In this document: positions 22,419 through 33,861 of the stretch, piece after piece
Layout: each line of letters opens with the position of its first letter
Numbering within the stretch: the stretch's first letter is position 1
Origin: an uncultured delta proteobacterium
GTDB lineage: Bacteria; Desulfobacterota; Binatia; Binatales; Binataceae
Length of the DNA: 64,000 nucleotides
Assembly: GCA_963842085.1 (NCBI GenBank)
Contig: CAWJET010000001.1
Location: forward strand, 1,920,001-1,984,000
Reading direction: 5' to 3'
Position numbers and translations under genes: made by a program
The notes under the pieces: generated by a model
What the model was told of the DNA's origin: nothing
Seen by the model: only the letters and a program-made list of their open reading frames with translations
Databases searched by the model: none

Positions 22419-23720
22419 ATGACATCACGCAAAAAATCAGATGAACTCTTCAATCGCGCCAGTGTTAAGATTCCTGGTGCGGTAAATTCTCCCGTGCGCG
22501 CATGGAAAGCCGTCGGCGCGGCCCCAATCTTCATCGAAAGTGGCAGCGGTGCAACATTGATCGATGCCGACGACAACACTTTTCTCGACTACGTTTGCTC
22601 CTACGGCCCCGCGATTCTCGGACATGCTCATCCGCGCGTCACCCAGGCAATTGCCGAGCAGGCGCGGCTTGGTTTGGGCTTCGGCGCGCCGACGCGGCTG
22701 GAGGTCGAACTCGCGGAATTGATCTCATCGGCGATCAAATGCGCACAGAAAGTACGACTCGTCAGTTCTGGAACGGAAGCCGGCTTGACCGCACTCAGGC
22801 TCGCGCGCGCGGCAACCGGGCGTCAGAACATAATCAAGTTTGACGGATGCTATCACGGTCACAGCGACTCGATGCTGGTGCGCGCCGGTTCAGGCGGCTT
22901 GACTCTTGGTCAACCCGACAGCGCAGGTGTTCCATCGGCGCTCGCCGCGATGACGATGGTTGCGCGATATAACTCGATTGAGACAGTCGAAGGATTATTC
23001 CGCGCCGCGGCTGACAAAATCGCCGCCGTGATCGTCGAGCCCGTCGCCGCCAACATGGGCGTGGTAAATCCTGACGCCGGTTCATTGAAGGCTCTGTCCG
23101 AAATCGCGCACAACAATGGCGCGCTTCTGATCTGTGACGAAGTTATAACCGGGTTCCGGCTCTGCTTTGGCTCGGTTGCCGAAAGTATGGGCGTCGCACC
23201 CGACCTGATCATGCTCGGGAAAATTATTGGCGGCGGGTTGCCGGTGGGCGCCGTCGCCGGCCCGGCGAAGCTCATGGACCTGCTCGCGCCGGTCGGTCCG
23301 GTTTACCAGGCGGGAACATTGTCGGGAAATCCGCTTTCCGTTCGCGCCGGGCTCGAAACACTTAGTGTTCTAAGGGAAAGCAATCCGTATGCCGCGCTCG
23401 ACGCTGCGGGCGCCCGCCTTGAAGCCGGGCTTCGCGACGCATTGAAGAAAAATGGCGAGACGGGATGCGTCAATCGCGCAGGCTCGTTGCTGACAATGTT
23501 CCTCGGTCCCGAACGCGTGCGCGACGCCGACGAGGCTCGCGCGTCCGACGCGGCGAAGTTCGCCAGGTTTTTCCACGGGATGATTGAGCGCCGGATAAAT
23601 ATCCCACCGTCGCAATTCGAGGCTATGTTTCTGTCGACGGCGCACACCAATGCCGACATCGACCGCACGATCGCCGCCGCCGCCGAATCTCTCCGCGATC
23701 TTGGCCGAGAGAAATCCTGA
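22419..23720 (+). CDS. hemL: Glutamate-1-semialdehyde 2,1-aminomutase
   Basis: PGAVNSPVRA, SSGTEA, FDGCYHGH, DEVITGFR, GKIIGGGLP and YQAGTLSGNP motifs. Confidence 0.95.
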   Translation: MTSRKKSDELFNRASVKIPGAVNSPVRAWKAVGAAPIFIESGSGATLIDADDNTFLDYVCSYGPAILGHAHPRVTQAIAEQARLGLGFGAPTRLEVELAELISSAIKCAQKVRLVSSGTEAGLTALRLARAATGRQNIIKFDGCYHGHSDSMLVRAGSGGLTLGQPDSAGVPSALAAMTMVARYNSIETVEGLFRAAADKIAAVIVEPVAANMGVVNPDAGSLKALSEIAHNNGALLICDEVITGFRLCFGSVAESMGVAPDLIMLGKIIGGGLPVGAVAGPAKLMDLLAPVGPVYQAGTLSGNPLSVRAGLETLSVLRESNPYAALDAAGARLEAGLRDALKKNGETGCVNRAGSLLTMFLGPERVRDADEARASDAAKFARFFHGMIERRINIPPSQFEAMFLSTAHTNADIDRTIAAAAESLRDLGREKS

Positions 23721-23727
23721 AACCGCG

Positions 23728-23946
23728 ATGGCGCTGAGCACGGGCAAAATGATGCGCTTCGCCGCGATCGGCTTCGAGTTCGCGTGGCCGATGATCGCCG
23801 GCGCAATCATCGGCCATTATCTCGACCTCTATTTCAACACCGACCCCTGGCTGACGCTGGTGATGTTCCTGCTCGGCGTCTTCATCGGCTTTTACCGGCT
23901 GATCCAGGAACTCGCGCTCTTCCAGCGGGAGAACCGCGAGTCTTGA
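23728..23946 (+). CDS. atpZ: AtpZ/AtpI-family small F0F1 accessory protein
   Basis: IGFEFAWPMIAGAIIGHYLDLYFNTDPW two-TM motif upstream of atpB. Confidence 0.8.
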   Translation: MALSTGKMMRFAAIGFEFAWPMIAGAIIGHYLDLYFNTDPWLTLVMFLLGVFIGFYRLIQELALFQRENRES

Positions 23947-23994
23947 TTGGCGTTTTGATAATTCTCAATATCTCGGGAGATCGAGGTCACAGCG

Positions 23995-24264
23995 ATGTGC
24001 AGGAATATCAAAATACTTTTCAATTTCGATCCACCCGTCACCGATGAGGAGGTTCGTGCCGCGTCGCTTCAGTTCGTGCGGAAAATCAGCGGCTTTAACA
24101 AACCTTCGAAGGCGAACGAAGGCGCGTTCATGACGGCGGTCGATGAAATCGCCGGAGCCTCGGCTCGTCTGCTTCGTTCGCTCGAAACCACCGCGCCGTC
24201 GAGGAATCGCGAACACGAGGCCGCCAAGGCAAGAGTTCGCGCCGCGGAAAGATTCGGCGCCTGA
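23995..24264 (+). CDS. DUF2277 family protein
   Basis: MCRNIKILFNFDPPVTDEEVRAASLQFVRKISGF signature; GAGG RBS. Confidence 0.85.
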   Translation: MCRNIKILFNFDPPVTDEEVRAASLQFVRKISGFNKPSKANEGAFMTAVDEIAGASARLLRSLETTAPSRNREHEAAKARVRAAERFGA

Positions 24265-24656
24265 TGGCGTTCTCGTGGTCAGTGCCGACGATTGCGTCGA
24301 TCCAGCGCACCAACTTCGTGCTCGTGATGGTCAGCGCCGTGGTTCTCGCTTTGCTCGCCTCGATGGAGGCGGCGGTGGGATGCCTGCTCGGCGGAGCAGT
24401 CGTGATCGCAAACCTATGGATCCTGTCGGCGCTCGGCGGCCTGATCCTGGCTGCGTCCAGCGCCGGTGTCTCCGGCGCAGCCGCCAAGCTGGGTGCGCTC
24501 GCGATTCCGCTGAAACTGTTCATTATCGTCTGCCTTGTCTATCTCGTTTTCAGCCGCGCCCGTATCGACGCGATGGGCTTTGGCATCGGCGTCTTGACTC
24601 AGATGGCGGCTATCATTATTGAAACCGGGCGTGCTTCGCTTCGCGGAGCCAGCTAG
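24264..24656 (+). CDS. atpI: ATP synthase protein I
   Basis: Four-TM hydrophobic protein directly before atpB; TGATG overlap with the previous gene. Confidence 0.75.
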   Translation: MAFSWSVPTIASIQRTNFVLVMVSAVVLALLASMEAAVGCLLGGAVVIANLWILSALGGLILAASSAGVSGAAAKLGALAIPLKLFIIVCLVYLVFSRARIDAMGFGIGVLTQMAAIIIETGRASLRGAS

Positions 24657-24680
24657 GATCGCCGCGTCGGAGAAATATAG

Positions 24681-25373
24681 TTGCAGAAATCGGTAAATTT
24701 CCTCGAACTGCTCGGCGGCGGCAGGATTCCCGAGGTGCTAATCGGCACCTGGATCGTGATGGGCATCCTGCTCATCTTTGGATTTATCGCCCGCGCCTCC
24801 ATCGCCGGCGCCGGAGACCCGGTTGTCCCGGACGAAGGACTGACCATCCGCTCGGTCTCCGAGATGATCGTCGAGTGGCTCGACGGTTTCGTCAATGAAG
24901 TCACGGAGATGCACGGGTCGCGCGCGATGGTACCGTTCTTCGGATGCATTTTCATGTTCATCCTGTTTGCCAACTTCTTCGGCTTGATCCCGGGGATGGA
25001 GCCTCCGACCGGCGACTCCGACCTGACGTTCGCCCTCGGCACCATTTGCTTCGGCTATTACATCTACCAGGGCTTCGCCGCGAACGGCGTCCGGTATCTG
25101 AGGAGTTTCCTCGGCCCGTACCTGCCGCTGGCGGTGCTGATGCTGCCGATCGAGCTGGCCGACAACCTGTTCCGGCCTTTTTCGCTCGGGATTCGTCTTT
25201 ACGCCAACATGTTCGCCGACCATACCGTACTCAGCATTTTCACCGGGCTGACGCGGCTGATTGTGCCGCTGGCGTTTTACGCACTCGGCTCGATCGTATG
25301 CGTGATCCAGGCGATCATCTTCGTGGTTCTTTCGATGAGTTACGTTCGACTCGCCGCAAGCCACGATCATTAG
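24681..25373 (+). CDS. atpB: F0F1 ATP synthase subunit a (TTG start)
   Basis: NFFGLIPG, PTGDSDLT and RPFSLGIRLYANMFADH (essential Arg); GGAG upstream. Confidence 0.93.
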   Translation: MQKSVNFLELLGGGRIPEVLIGTWIVMGILLIFGFIARASIAGAGDPVVPDEGLTIRSVSEMIVEWLDGFVNEVTEMHGSRAMVPFFGCIFMFILFANFFGLIPGMEPPTGDSDLTFALGTICFGYYIYQGFAANGVRYLRSFLGPYLPLAVLMLPIELADNLFRPFSLGIRLYANMFADHTVLSIFTGLTRLIVPLAFYALGSIVCVIQAIIFVVLSMSYVRLAASHDH

Positions 25374-25481
25374 AAAGGATTTTTCGTGCCAGGGATTCCG
25401 TCCGGAATTTGTGGTGGTAGAGGAAGAGAGGCGGTCGGCTGCGGCACCCGGGGCGCGCGAAAGAGAAGGAGGATCGAAAAA

Positions 25482-25823
25482 ATGTTACGACGACGGATTG
25501 GAACCATAGTGACGATGGCCGGTATGGCCATCCTCGCGTCGCCGCTGCTCGCGATGGCGCAGGAGGCGGCCGGAGCCGCGGGTTCAAGCGCGCCGCTTCG
25601 GGCGGGCCTGATCGCGCTCGCCGCGAACATCGGCATCGGCATCGCGGCTTTCGGCAGCGCGCTCGGGCAGGGCCGGATGGCGGCCTCGGCGATGGAATCG
25701 ATCGGCCGCAACCCTAACAGCGCCGGCCAGATCTTCGTGCCGATGATCATCGGCCTCGCGTTCATCGAAGCGCTGACCCTGTACGCGCTGGTGATCGCAT
25801 TCTTCCTGCAGGCGAAGATCTAG
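25482..25823 (+). CDS. atpE: F0F1 ATP synthase subunit c with N-terminal signal-like extension
   Basis: GIAAFGSALGQG, IGRNP and FIEALTLY motifs; AAGGAGG RBS. Confidence 0.95.
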   Translation: MLRRRIGTIVTMAGMAILASPLLAMAQEAAGAAGSSAPLRAGLIALAANIGIGIAAFGSALGQGRMAASAMESIGRNPNSAGQIFVPMIIGLAFIEALTLYALVIAFFLQAKI

Positions 25824-25856
25824 CGATTACGCACGCAGCCAATGCGGTGCTGACAG

Positions 25857-25883
25857 CGGGGCCCATCCGGGCCCCGTTTTTTT
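25857..25883 (+). terminator. Rho-independent terminator of the atp operon
   Basis: CGGGGCCC-ATCC-GGGCCCCG hairpin followed by T7. Confidence 0.9.
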
Positions 25884-25892
25884 CTTAGCATC

Positions 25893-25956
25893 GGGTGCAG
25901 GGGTCACCCCTGCCGAAGGAAGTGTGAAACCCACCGCGGGTTTCACATTCAATCAA
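25893..25956. repeat. REP-like family A, full copy
   Basis: GGGTGCAGGGGTCACCCCTGCC-GAAGGAA-GTGTGAAACCC-N5-GGGTTTCACA-TTCAATCAA; related copies at 47615, 50685-50747, 50973, 52016, 53071, 53249 and 54110. Confidence 0.85.
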
Positions 25957-25976
25957 GTGATTTCCCCGTCCACCCG

Positions 25977-26783
25977 CTACCCGCGTTTGGCGCCTTGCAG
26001 AATGTCGAACGGAGCGCGGCTCTTCTCACGCTTCAACAAGACGTACGTCGCACCCGCGCCGCCGTCCGCCGGACGTGCGCTCGTGAATGCCAGCACGTGG
26101 CCGCCAATTGCGCCATGCGACAGCCATCCGGCGGATGCATGCTTTAGCACCGAATGTCCGCCCGGAGATCGCAGCCCGCGCCCGTGGACGACCAGCACCG
26201 TGCGCAGCCCCTTGCGCACCGACGCGATGATGAACTCCTTGAGCGCTTCCTTGGCGGCGCCCTGGATCATCCCGTGCATGTCGAAATGCGCCTGCACGGC
26301 GAACTCGCCGCGGCGAAGCTGCGACACCAGGCGCGGGTCCAGGCCGACGCGGTAACCCTCGACGTATTCGTCCGACTCTGTGATATCGAACGGGGCCTGT
26401 CCCGACACGAGGTCCGACAGTCGCGCGATTACCTCCGCGTCCTCATCGACGATCGTGTGAGTGATCGGCGGCTCGAGCGGTATGCGCGACCGCGCGTTGC
26501 CGTTGCGATGCAGCGGCCGCACACCGTCGAGCGCCTGTCGCAGGAAAGACTCGTCGTCGAGCACTTCTGCAACGGGTGGCGCGGATTTTTGCACGGCCGG
26601 CGTCGCCGCTGTTGCAGCCTTGGGCTTGATCGCCGGCGCTTTCGATTCCGCTCGCTCACGCTCGGCGAGCATCTTCTTCAGGTCTTTGAATGGCGAGGAG
26701 AAGACCCGTTCAGGCGCGGACGCCGCCTTTCGTTCGCCGTCTGGCTCGTCGCCTCGGCGGCCATGCTTTCGCTTTTTTGCCAT
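25977..26783 (-). CDS. Stand-alone Smr-domain protein (SmrA/SmrB-like)
   Basis: ESFLRQALDGVRPL N-terminal motif, FDMHG, VVHGRG and DGGAGATYVLL. Confidence 0.88.
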   Translation of the reverse strand: MAKKRKHGRRGDEPDGERKAASAPERVFSSPFKDLKKMLAERERAESKAPAIKPKAATAATPAVQKSAPPVAEVLDDESFLRQALDGVRPLHRNGNARSRIPLEPPITHTIVDEDAEVIARLSDLVSGQAPFDITESDEYVEGYRVGLDPRLVSQLRRGEFAVQAHFDMHGMIQGAAKEALKEFIIASVRKGLRTVLVVHGRGLRSPGGHSVLKHASAGWLSHGAIGGHVLAFTSARPADGGAGATYVLLKREKSRAPFDILQGAKRG

Positions 26784-26977
26784 TGGGAGACAGAGCCGCA
26801 AGTTCGAGATCAATGACAGACTACGCCGAGGACGCAACGCCGTTCAAACCGGCGCGCGCTTGCAAGCGGGGGGAAGATAAAATCGCAAGCCAGAAATGGT
26901 GCGCATTCGGCGCGCATCGACTACACTTGCCGGCGTGTTGCGAACCAGTTCGAAGTTGCTGATGTGAGGATCCCCGT

Positions 26978-29503
26978 ATGCGCCGTGTCATCGTAATCGC
27001 CGCCGCAATTGTCGGCGCCATCGTGATTTTCGCCGGTGCCATCCTCTTTTATGCCGCGACCAACCTGAACTCGATCATCGCCGAACGCCGCCAGACTATC
27101 CTCGCCAAGGTCAGCAACGCGCTCGGCCGCCAGGTCCACGCCGACGACATCAAGGTGAGCCTCGGCTGGGGAATCATGGCCGACGTGACCGGCGTCCAGG
27201 TGGCAGACGATCCCGACATTTCGAAAAAGCCGTTCATCGAGGCAAGCAACGTTTACACGCGACTGCAACTGTTGCCCCTGCTGGCGCGCCGGATCGAGGT
27301 CACCGAAGTCGTGCTCGACAAGCCCGTGATCCGAATCGTTCAAACCCGCGACGGCAAGCTCAACGTGACGACGCTCGGCAGGAAGAAAGTCGAGAGCGAA
27401 GCGGAGTCGGGCGAGGCCGAGAGCAGGAAAGGCGGGGGCGCGACCGAAGAATCGCCGATGGCCGAAGCGGGCCGGGCGCCGTCGGCGCTGGGCTCGTTGT
27501 TCGTGCAGAATTTTACGATCAATGAGGGCACCTTGACCTATGAGACTGAAGGCGCGCCGCAGGGAGCGACCGTCAATGCGATCGACCTCAAGGTCCGCGA
27601 TTTCGGCTTCAATGCGCCCTTCACCGTCGCGCTCACCTTCGCCGCGCTCGCCGACCAGCAGAACTTCGATCTTTCGGCGACGATCGGGCCGCTGATCAGC
27701 AACGGCGTGCTCGATGTCGACGCGATTCCGCTGACGGGCAAGGCCAAAGTCGGGCCGCTTCAACTGACGCAGCTTGCGACGATCCCGATACTCGCGAAAT
27801 CGATTCCGCCGAAGCTCTCGATCTCCGGTCCGCTCAGCCTCGATGCCACCGCTGACGGCACCGTTCAGTCGATCAAATTCAACGTGACGAGCGATTTGAG
27901 CGCGCCTGCAATAACCTTCGGCGATACGTTCAGCAAGCCTGCCAACCTGCCGCTGAAGATATCGGCCGAGGGTTCGCGGACCGGCTCTGCCGTGGGAGTG
28001 ACCCTCGCCAACGTCACTCTCGGCGACCTCGAAGCGAAGGCAGCCAATATCAAGGTAGGAGGCGGCACGACCGCGGCTCACGTCGACACCAACAATTTCG
28101 ATATCGCTTCGCTCGCAAAAACGATTCCCGCGCTTGGCAAGTACAACCTCGCGGGCAAAGTCGAGATTCATGCCGACGCGGCGCTTGCGGAGGGCAAGGT
28201 GTCGGCTGACGGCACGGTCGCGCTCGCGGGCGTCGGATTGTCGCTACCCGATCAGAAAGCGCCCCCGCTGAGCAATCTCAGTGGCGACGTCAAGCTCACG
28301 GGCACCAGTGCCGACATTGGGCCGCTGACGTTCAATCTGGGCGCGCAGCAGGCCACGTTGAAGTCGCACGTCGACCAGTTCCAGCCGTTGGTAATGAGCT
28401 ATGAGCTGAATGCGGCCGCGGTTCGCCTGGCCGATCTCGTGCCCTCGCGGCCGCCCGACGAAGTGATCAACCAGCTTTTTGCCAAGGGCACGGTCTCGAT
28501 GGGTGGGAGGAATGTTACCACGGTCGATTCCGATATCACCTCGCCGTCGGGAAACCTGGCGAACGTTCCGTACCAGAACTTGAAGCTGTCGGCGTCGCTC
28601 GCCGACCAGCTTGCGCGGGTGACGATGCTGAAGTTGAAGGCGTTTTCAGGCGACATCGTCGCGACGGGAAACACGCGGCTCGCGGCGTCGGCGCCGATGG
28701 AAGCGTCGATCAGTTTTACCAATATCGACGTTCAACAGGCGCTCGACTCGCAAAAATCGAAGGCTGCGGGGACCGTTCGCGGGACGCTGGGCGGAAATAT
28801 CAACGTCACCGGGAAGACCGGCAGCTTCGACGAGATGAAGCCGACGCTGAAGGGCAGCGGCAAGCTGACGCTGACCAACGGCAAGCTGGTCGGCGTCAAT
28901 ATCGGCGGCCAGGCGCTCAAGAAGGTGCAGCACCTGCCCGCGATTGGCAACCTGGTTCCCGATGCGGTCGTCAAGAACCATCCCGAGCTGTTCAGCGATC
29001 CCGACACCGACATCCAGCTCGCGAGTCTGACCTTTGTGCTTACCGGGCCGCGAATCACGTCGCACGACATCAAGGTGCAGACGCTGGACTACAATCTGCT
29101 CGGCGACGGATGGTTCGACATAGACAAGAATATCGACCTGGCGGCGCGAATCGTGCTCTCGCCGCAATTCAGCAAGGAACTGATCGAGCAGAAGCAAGAA
29201 GTCGCGTTCATCGCGAATAAGTACGGACAAATCGACATCCCGCTGCAAGTCGTCGGGCAACTGCCCAAGCCGCAGGTCCTGCCCGACGTGACTGAACTTG
29301 CGCAACGCGCGGCAAATCACGCGGTGCAGGCACAGGGTCAGAAGTACCTGGGCAAGGTTTTCGGTAAGAAGGGACTGCCGGGAGGATTGAGCAAGTTTCT
29401 CGGCGGCGACTCGGGCGGAAATAACGGCTCCGGCGGTGGAGCACCCGCGGGCGGCTCCAACCCTCCGCCGAATCCGCTGGATCAGCTTAAGAAGTTGTTC
29501 TGA
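26978..29503 (+). CDS. AsmA-family protein
   Basis: N-terminal anchor, LQLLPLLARRIEVTEVVLDKPVI, beta-rich body and AsmA-like C-terminal GSGKLTLTNGKLVGVN...IPLQVVG. Confidence 0.8.
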   Translation: MRRVIVIAAAIVGAIVIFAGAILFYAATNLNSIIAERRQTILAKVSNALGRQVHADDIKVSLGWGIMADVTGVQVADDPDISKKPFIEASNVYTRLQLLPLLARRIEVTEVVLDKPVIRIVQTRDGKLNVTTLGRKKVESEAESGEAESRKGGGATEESPMAEAGRAPSALGSLFVQNFTINEGTLTYETEGAPQGATVNAIDLKVRDFGFNAPFTVALTFAALADQQNFDLSATIGPLISNGVLDVDAIPLTGKAKVGPLQLTQLATIPILAKSIPPKLSISGPLSLDATADGTVQSIKFNVTSDLSAPAITFGDTFSKPANLPLKISAEGSRTGSAVGVTLANVTLGDLEAKAANIKVGGGTTAAHVDTNNFDIASLAKTIPALGKYNLAGKVEIHADAALAEGKVSADGTVALAGVGLSLPDQKAPPLSNLSGDVKLTGTSADIGPLTFNLGAQQATLKSHVDQFQPLVMSYELNAAAVRLADLVPSRPPDEVINQLFAKGTVSMGGRNVTTVDSDITSPSGNLANVPYQNLKLSASLADQLARVTMLKLKAFSGDIVATGNTRLAASAPMEASISFTNIDVQQALDSQKSKAAGTVRGTLGGNINVTGKTGSFDEMKPTLKGSGKLTLTNGKLVGVNIGGQALKKVQHLPAIGNLVPDAVVKNHPELFSDPDTDIQLASLTFVLTGPRITSHDIKVQTLDYNLLGDGWFDIDKNIDLAARIVLSPQFSKELIEQKQEVAFIANKYGQIDIPLQVVGQLPKPQVLPDVTELAQRAANHAVQAQGQKYLGKVFGKKGLPGGLSKFLGGDSGGNNGSGGGAPAGGSNPPPNPLDQLKKLF

Positions 29504-29541
29504 CCTTTTCTATCGTTGAGAGAAGCGCGCGCACTCATTTT

Positions 29542-29585
29542 GTCATCCTTCCTGCCGCTCGCGTTGCTCGCTTTGTCAGGATGAC
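29542..29585. repeat. REP-like family B hairpin
   Basis: GTCATCCT...AGGATGAC inverted arms between convergent genes. Confidence 0.65.
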
Positions 29586-29673
29586 GAGGGGGCGGGCGTT
29601 CCGAACGATGCGAGGAACCTAACCCGTAACCTTTCTCATTGTGGTAACGGGAACCGGACGCGGAGAGACTCGT

Positions 29674-32010
29674 TCACAAATTCATCTGCACGATCGTTGC
29701 GCCGGCGCCGCCGTGATGCGGTTCCGCGCCGCGAAACGATGCGCAATATGGCGACGTGCCAAGGTATTCCGTCACCGCCTTTCGCAGCGCGCCCGAGCCG
29801 ATGCCGTGCACAATCCGCACTTCCGCGCGATTGGTCAGGAACGCGGTGTCGAGAAATTCCTCGAGCTTGCGCAGCGCGTCCGCCGTTCGCATCCCGATCA
29901 GGTTCAACTCGTCACGCTCGCCGCCCTCGATGCTGAAGGTGACGGCCGCCGTTTTCTTCTGCGCGGAGCGATTTTCGGGCGCGCTCGCCGCCGACCTGCG
30001 CAGCCGCTCGGGCGCGACCTCTATCCTGAGACCGCCGCGGCTGATCACGGCGCGTCCCGCTTCGAGCACGATCAATTCGCCGCGGATGTCGCCGACCTCG
30101 ACGCTGTCGCCGACCTTGAGCGGCGCGTCGGACTCCGATAAGGCGTCGGGCGCCGGCGCGAGGCTCTCGAGTTTCGCCGCCGCCTTGGTGATGAAGCCCT
30201 TCAAGTCGGTGCGCGATTTCACCCGGGTTTTCAGCTCATCCATCAGCGCCGCACCGTCGCGCCTCAGCTCTTCGATCAGGTCCGCAACTTCGGCCCGTAG
30301 CCGCTTGCGTTCCAGCTCGGCGCGCTCGCGCGTTTTTTCAGTGTCCTGAATCAGTTCCTGCTCGACGCGAGCGAGGTTGAGTTCGCGCTCGCGCAATTTT
30401 TCGAGCTGCGCATTCAGCTTGGCGCGCTCCGCGTCCAATCTCTTCAGCGCATCGCTGAGCTCGATCGTGCCGGCGCCCATCGATTGTTCGGCCGCGCGAA
30501 TTATTTCCTCGGGCAATCCGAGCCGGCGCGCGACTGCCAGTCCGTAGCTCTGCCCGATCGTATGCGGCTTCAGGCGATACAGCGGCGCCAGGTGCTCGGC
30601 GTCGAAATCCACCGCGGCGGCCTCGAAGCCGGCTTGCGAGTATGCGTGCAGCTTGACCGCGGTCGAATGCGTCGCGATCGCCATCATGCAGCGCCGCGTC
30701 CCGAGATGGTTCATCAGTCCGATCGCGAGCGCCGCGCCCTCGGCGGGGTCGGTGCCCGCGCCCGGCTCGTCGAGAATCACCAGCGCCGGCTCGTCCAGCG
30801 ATCTGATTATCTCCGACAAGTTTGCGATATGCCCCGAAAAGCTCGACAGGTTGGATTCAATCGACTGCTCGTCGCCGATATCGGCGAACACGCTGCGAAA
30901 CACCGTCGCCTTGCTGCCGGCGAGCGCCGGAATCAGCATCCCCGCCTGCGCCATCAGCGACAGCAGCCCAACCGTCTTGAGCGCGACAGTTTTTCCGCCG
31001 GTGTTTGGCCCCGAGATGACGATCCCGCGCTGTCCGGCGCCGATCTTCACGTCGATCGGAATCACGTCGCGGCCGCTGGTCATCAGCAGCGGATGCCGCG
31101 CGCCGATAAAATCGATTCCCTCGTCCACGAGCTGCGGCGCGACGCATCGAAAGCGCTCGGCGAAGAGCGCGCGCGCATTCAGCGCGTCGAGCGCGACCAT
31201 TGCGTCGAACGTGAACTGCAATTCCGGCGCGTACCCGCCGACCATCGCGGTCAGCCGCGCGAGGATTCGCGTTTCTTCCGCCTCCGCTTCGCGCTCGAGC
31301 ATCATCAGCCGGTTGTTCAGCTCGACCGCCCACAGCGGCTCGACGAACAGCGTCTCCCCCGAAACGCTTCGGTCCTGCACGATTCCCTCGAACCGTTCGG
31401 CGTAGTTCAGCTTCATCGGCAGCACGAAGCGGCGATTGCGTATCGTCACGATGTAATCGGAGACGAACGACTCCATGCCCGACGCGTTGAGCGAGCGCAG
31501 CAGCCGCGCCTCGAGTTCCGCGCGCTCGTCACGCAGCCTGCTGCGCAGCCGCTTCAACTCGGGGCTCGCGTCGTCGAGGATTGTGCCGTCGTCGGCCAGC
31601 GCACCGAGCATCGCGTCGGCCAGCTCCTTCGGCGCGAGCAGGTTCTGCACCAGCGCCGCGACGTGCGGGAAGCGCTCGACGCGCGATCGCAAAAATCCGC
31701 CGACATGGCGCGAGCCGACGATGAAATCGCGCACTTTCACCAGCGCTTCGCCGCCGAGGATCGCACCCGCGCGCTCCGCCGCCAGCAGGTACGGCCGTTG
31801 ATCGCTGAATTCGCCTATCGGTATCGAGCCGGCATGCGATCTCAGCTCGACCATTTCGGCTGTTGCGGCCAGCCGCTCCCGAACTTCATTCACGTCGACC
31901 GACGGGCGCAGTTGGGCGATTGCCTCGCGCCCCGGCTCGGAGGCGCAAAGCTCCATGACGAGGTGAATCACCTTGTCGAACTCGAGCGCTTTCAGATCGC
32001 GTTCACGCAT
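29674..32010 (-). CDS. mutS2: MutS2 (ATPase, coiled coil, KOW and Smr domains)
   Basis: LKALEFDK, SGETLFVEP, ISGPNTGGKT, DIGDEQSI, LDEPGAGTDP and IVHGIGSGALR motifs. Confidence 0.95.
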   Translation of the reverse strand: MRERDLKALEFDKVIHLVMELCASEPGREAIAQLRPSVDVNEVRERLAATAEMVELRSHAGSIPIGEFSDQRPYLLAAERAGAILGGEALVKVRDFIVGSRHVGGFLRSRVERFPHVAALVQNLLAPKELADAMLGALADDGTILDDASPELKRLRSRLRDERAELEARLLRSLNASGMESFVSDYIVTIRNRRFVLPMKLNYAERFEGIVQDRSVSGETLFVEPLWAVELNNRLMMLEREAEAEETRILARLTAMVGGYAPELQFTFDAMVALDALNARALFAERFRCVAPQLVDEGIDFIGARHPLLMTSGRDVIPIDVKIGAGQRGIVISGPNTGGKTVALKTVGLLSLMAQAGMLIPALAGSKATVFRSVFADIGDEQSIESNLSSFSGHIANLSEIIRSLDEPALVILDEPGAGTDPAEGAALAIGLMNHLGTRRCMMAIATHSTAVKLHAYSQAGFEAAAVDFDAEHLAPLYRLKPHTIGQSYGLAVARRLGLPEEIIRAAEQSMGAGTIELSDALKRLDAERAKLNAQLEKLRERELNLARVEQELIQDTEKTRERAELERKRLRAEVADLIEELRRDGAALMDELKTRVKSRTDLKGFITKAAAKLESLAPAPDALSESDAPLKVGDSVEVGDIRGELIVLEAGRAVISRGGLRIEVAPERLRRSAASAPENRSAQKKTAAVTFSIEGGERDELNLIGMRTADALRKLEEFLDTAFLTNRAEVRIVHGIGSGALRKAVTEYLGTSPYCASFRGAEPHHGGAGATIVQMNL

Positions 32011-32098
32011 CGCTAGTATCAAGCCCGGCCCTCTCAAAATTTAGCCCAACTTTGGTCCGCAGGCATCAGGATTCTTAACCGGCAGCAAGGACACTCAC

Positions 32099-33709
<1,611 letters not shown>

Positions 33710-33861
33710 TGAAATCAGGTTGTCCAATCTTCGTCTGGTTCTGTTCCGATTCCCTCTCACGTTCGTCGGGGGAGGGAATCAGAGGTGCTCATCCTCGAAG
33801 TTATCGTGAGCCGGCGCCTCCATTAGGCGCGGTTTCATCTACCGAAAAATGCTCCGCGAGG

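Noticed and set aside
21993-22422. Short ORFs in the dnaA-hemL spacer, checked as possible rpmH
   Set aside because: No MKRTFQP-like L34 signature is present and the frames overlap without coding-like composition.
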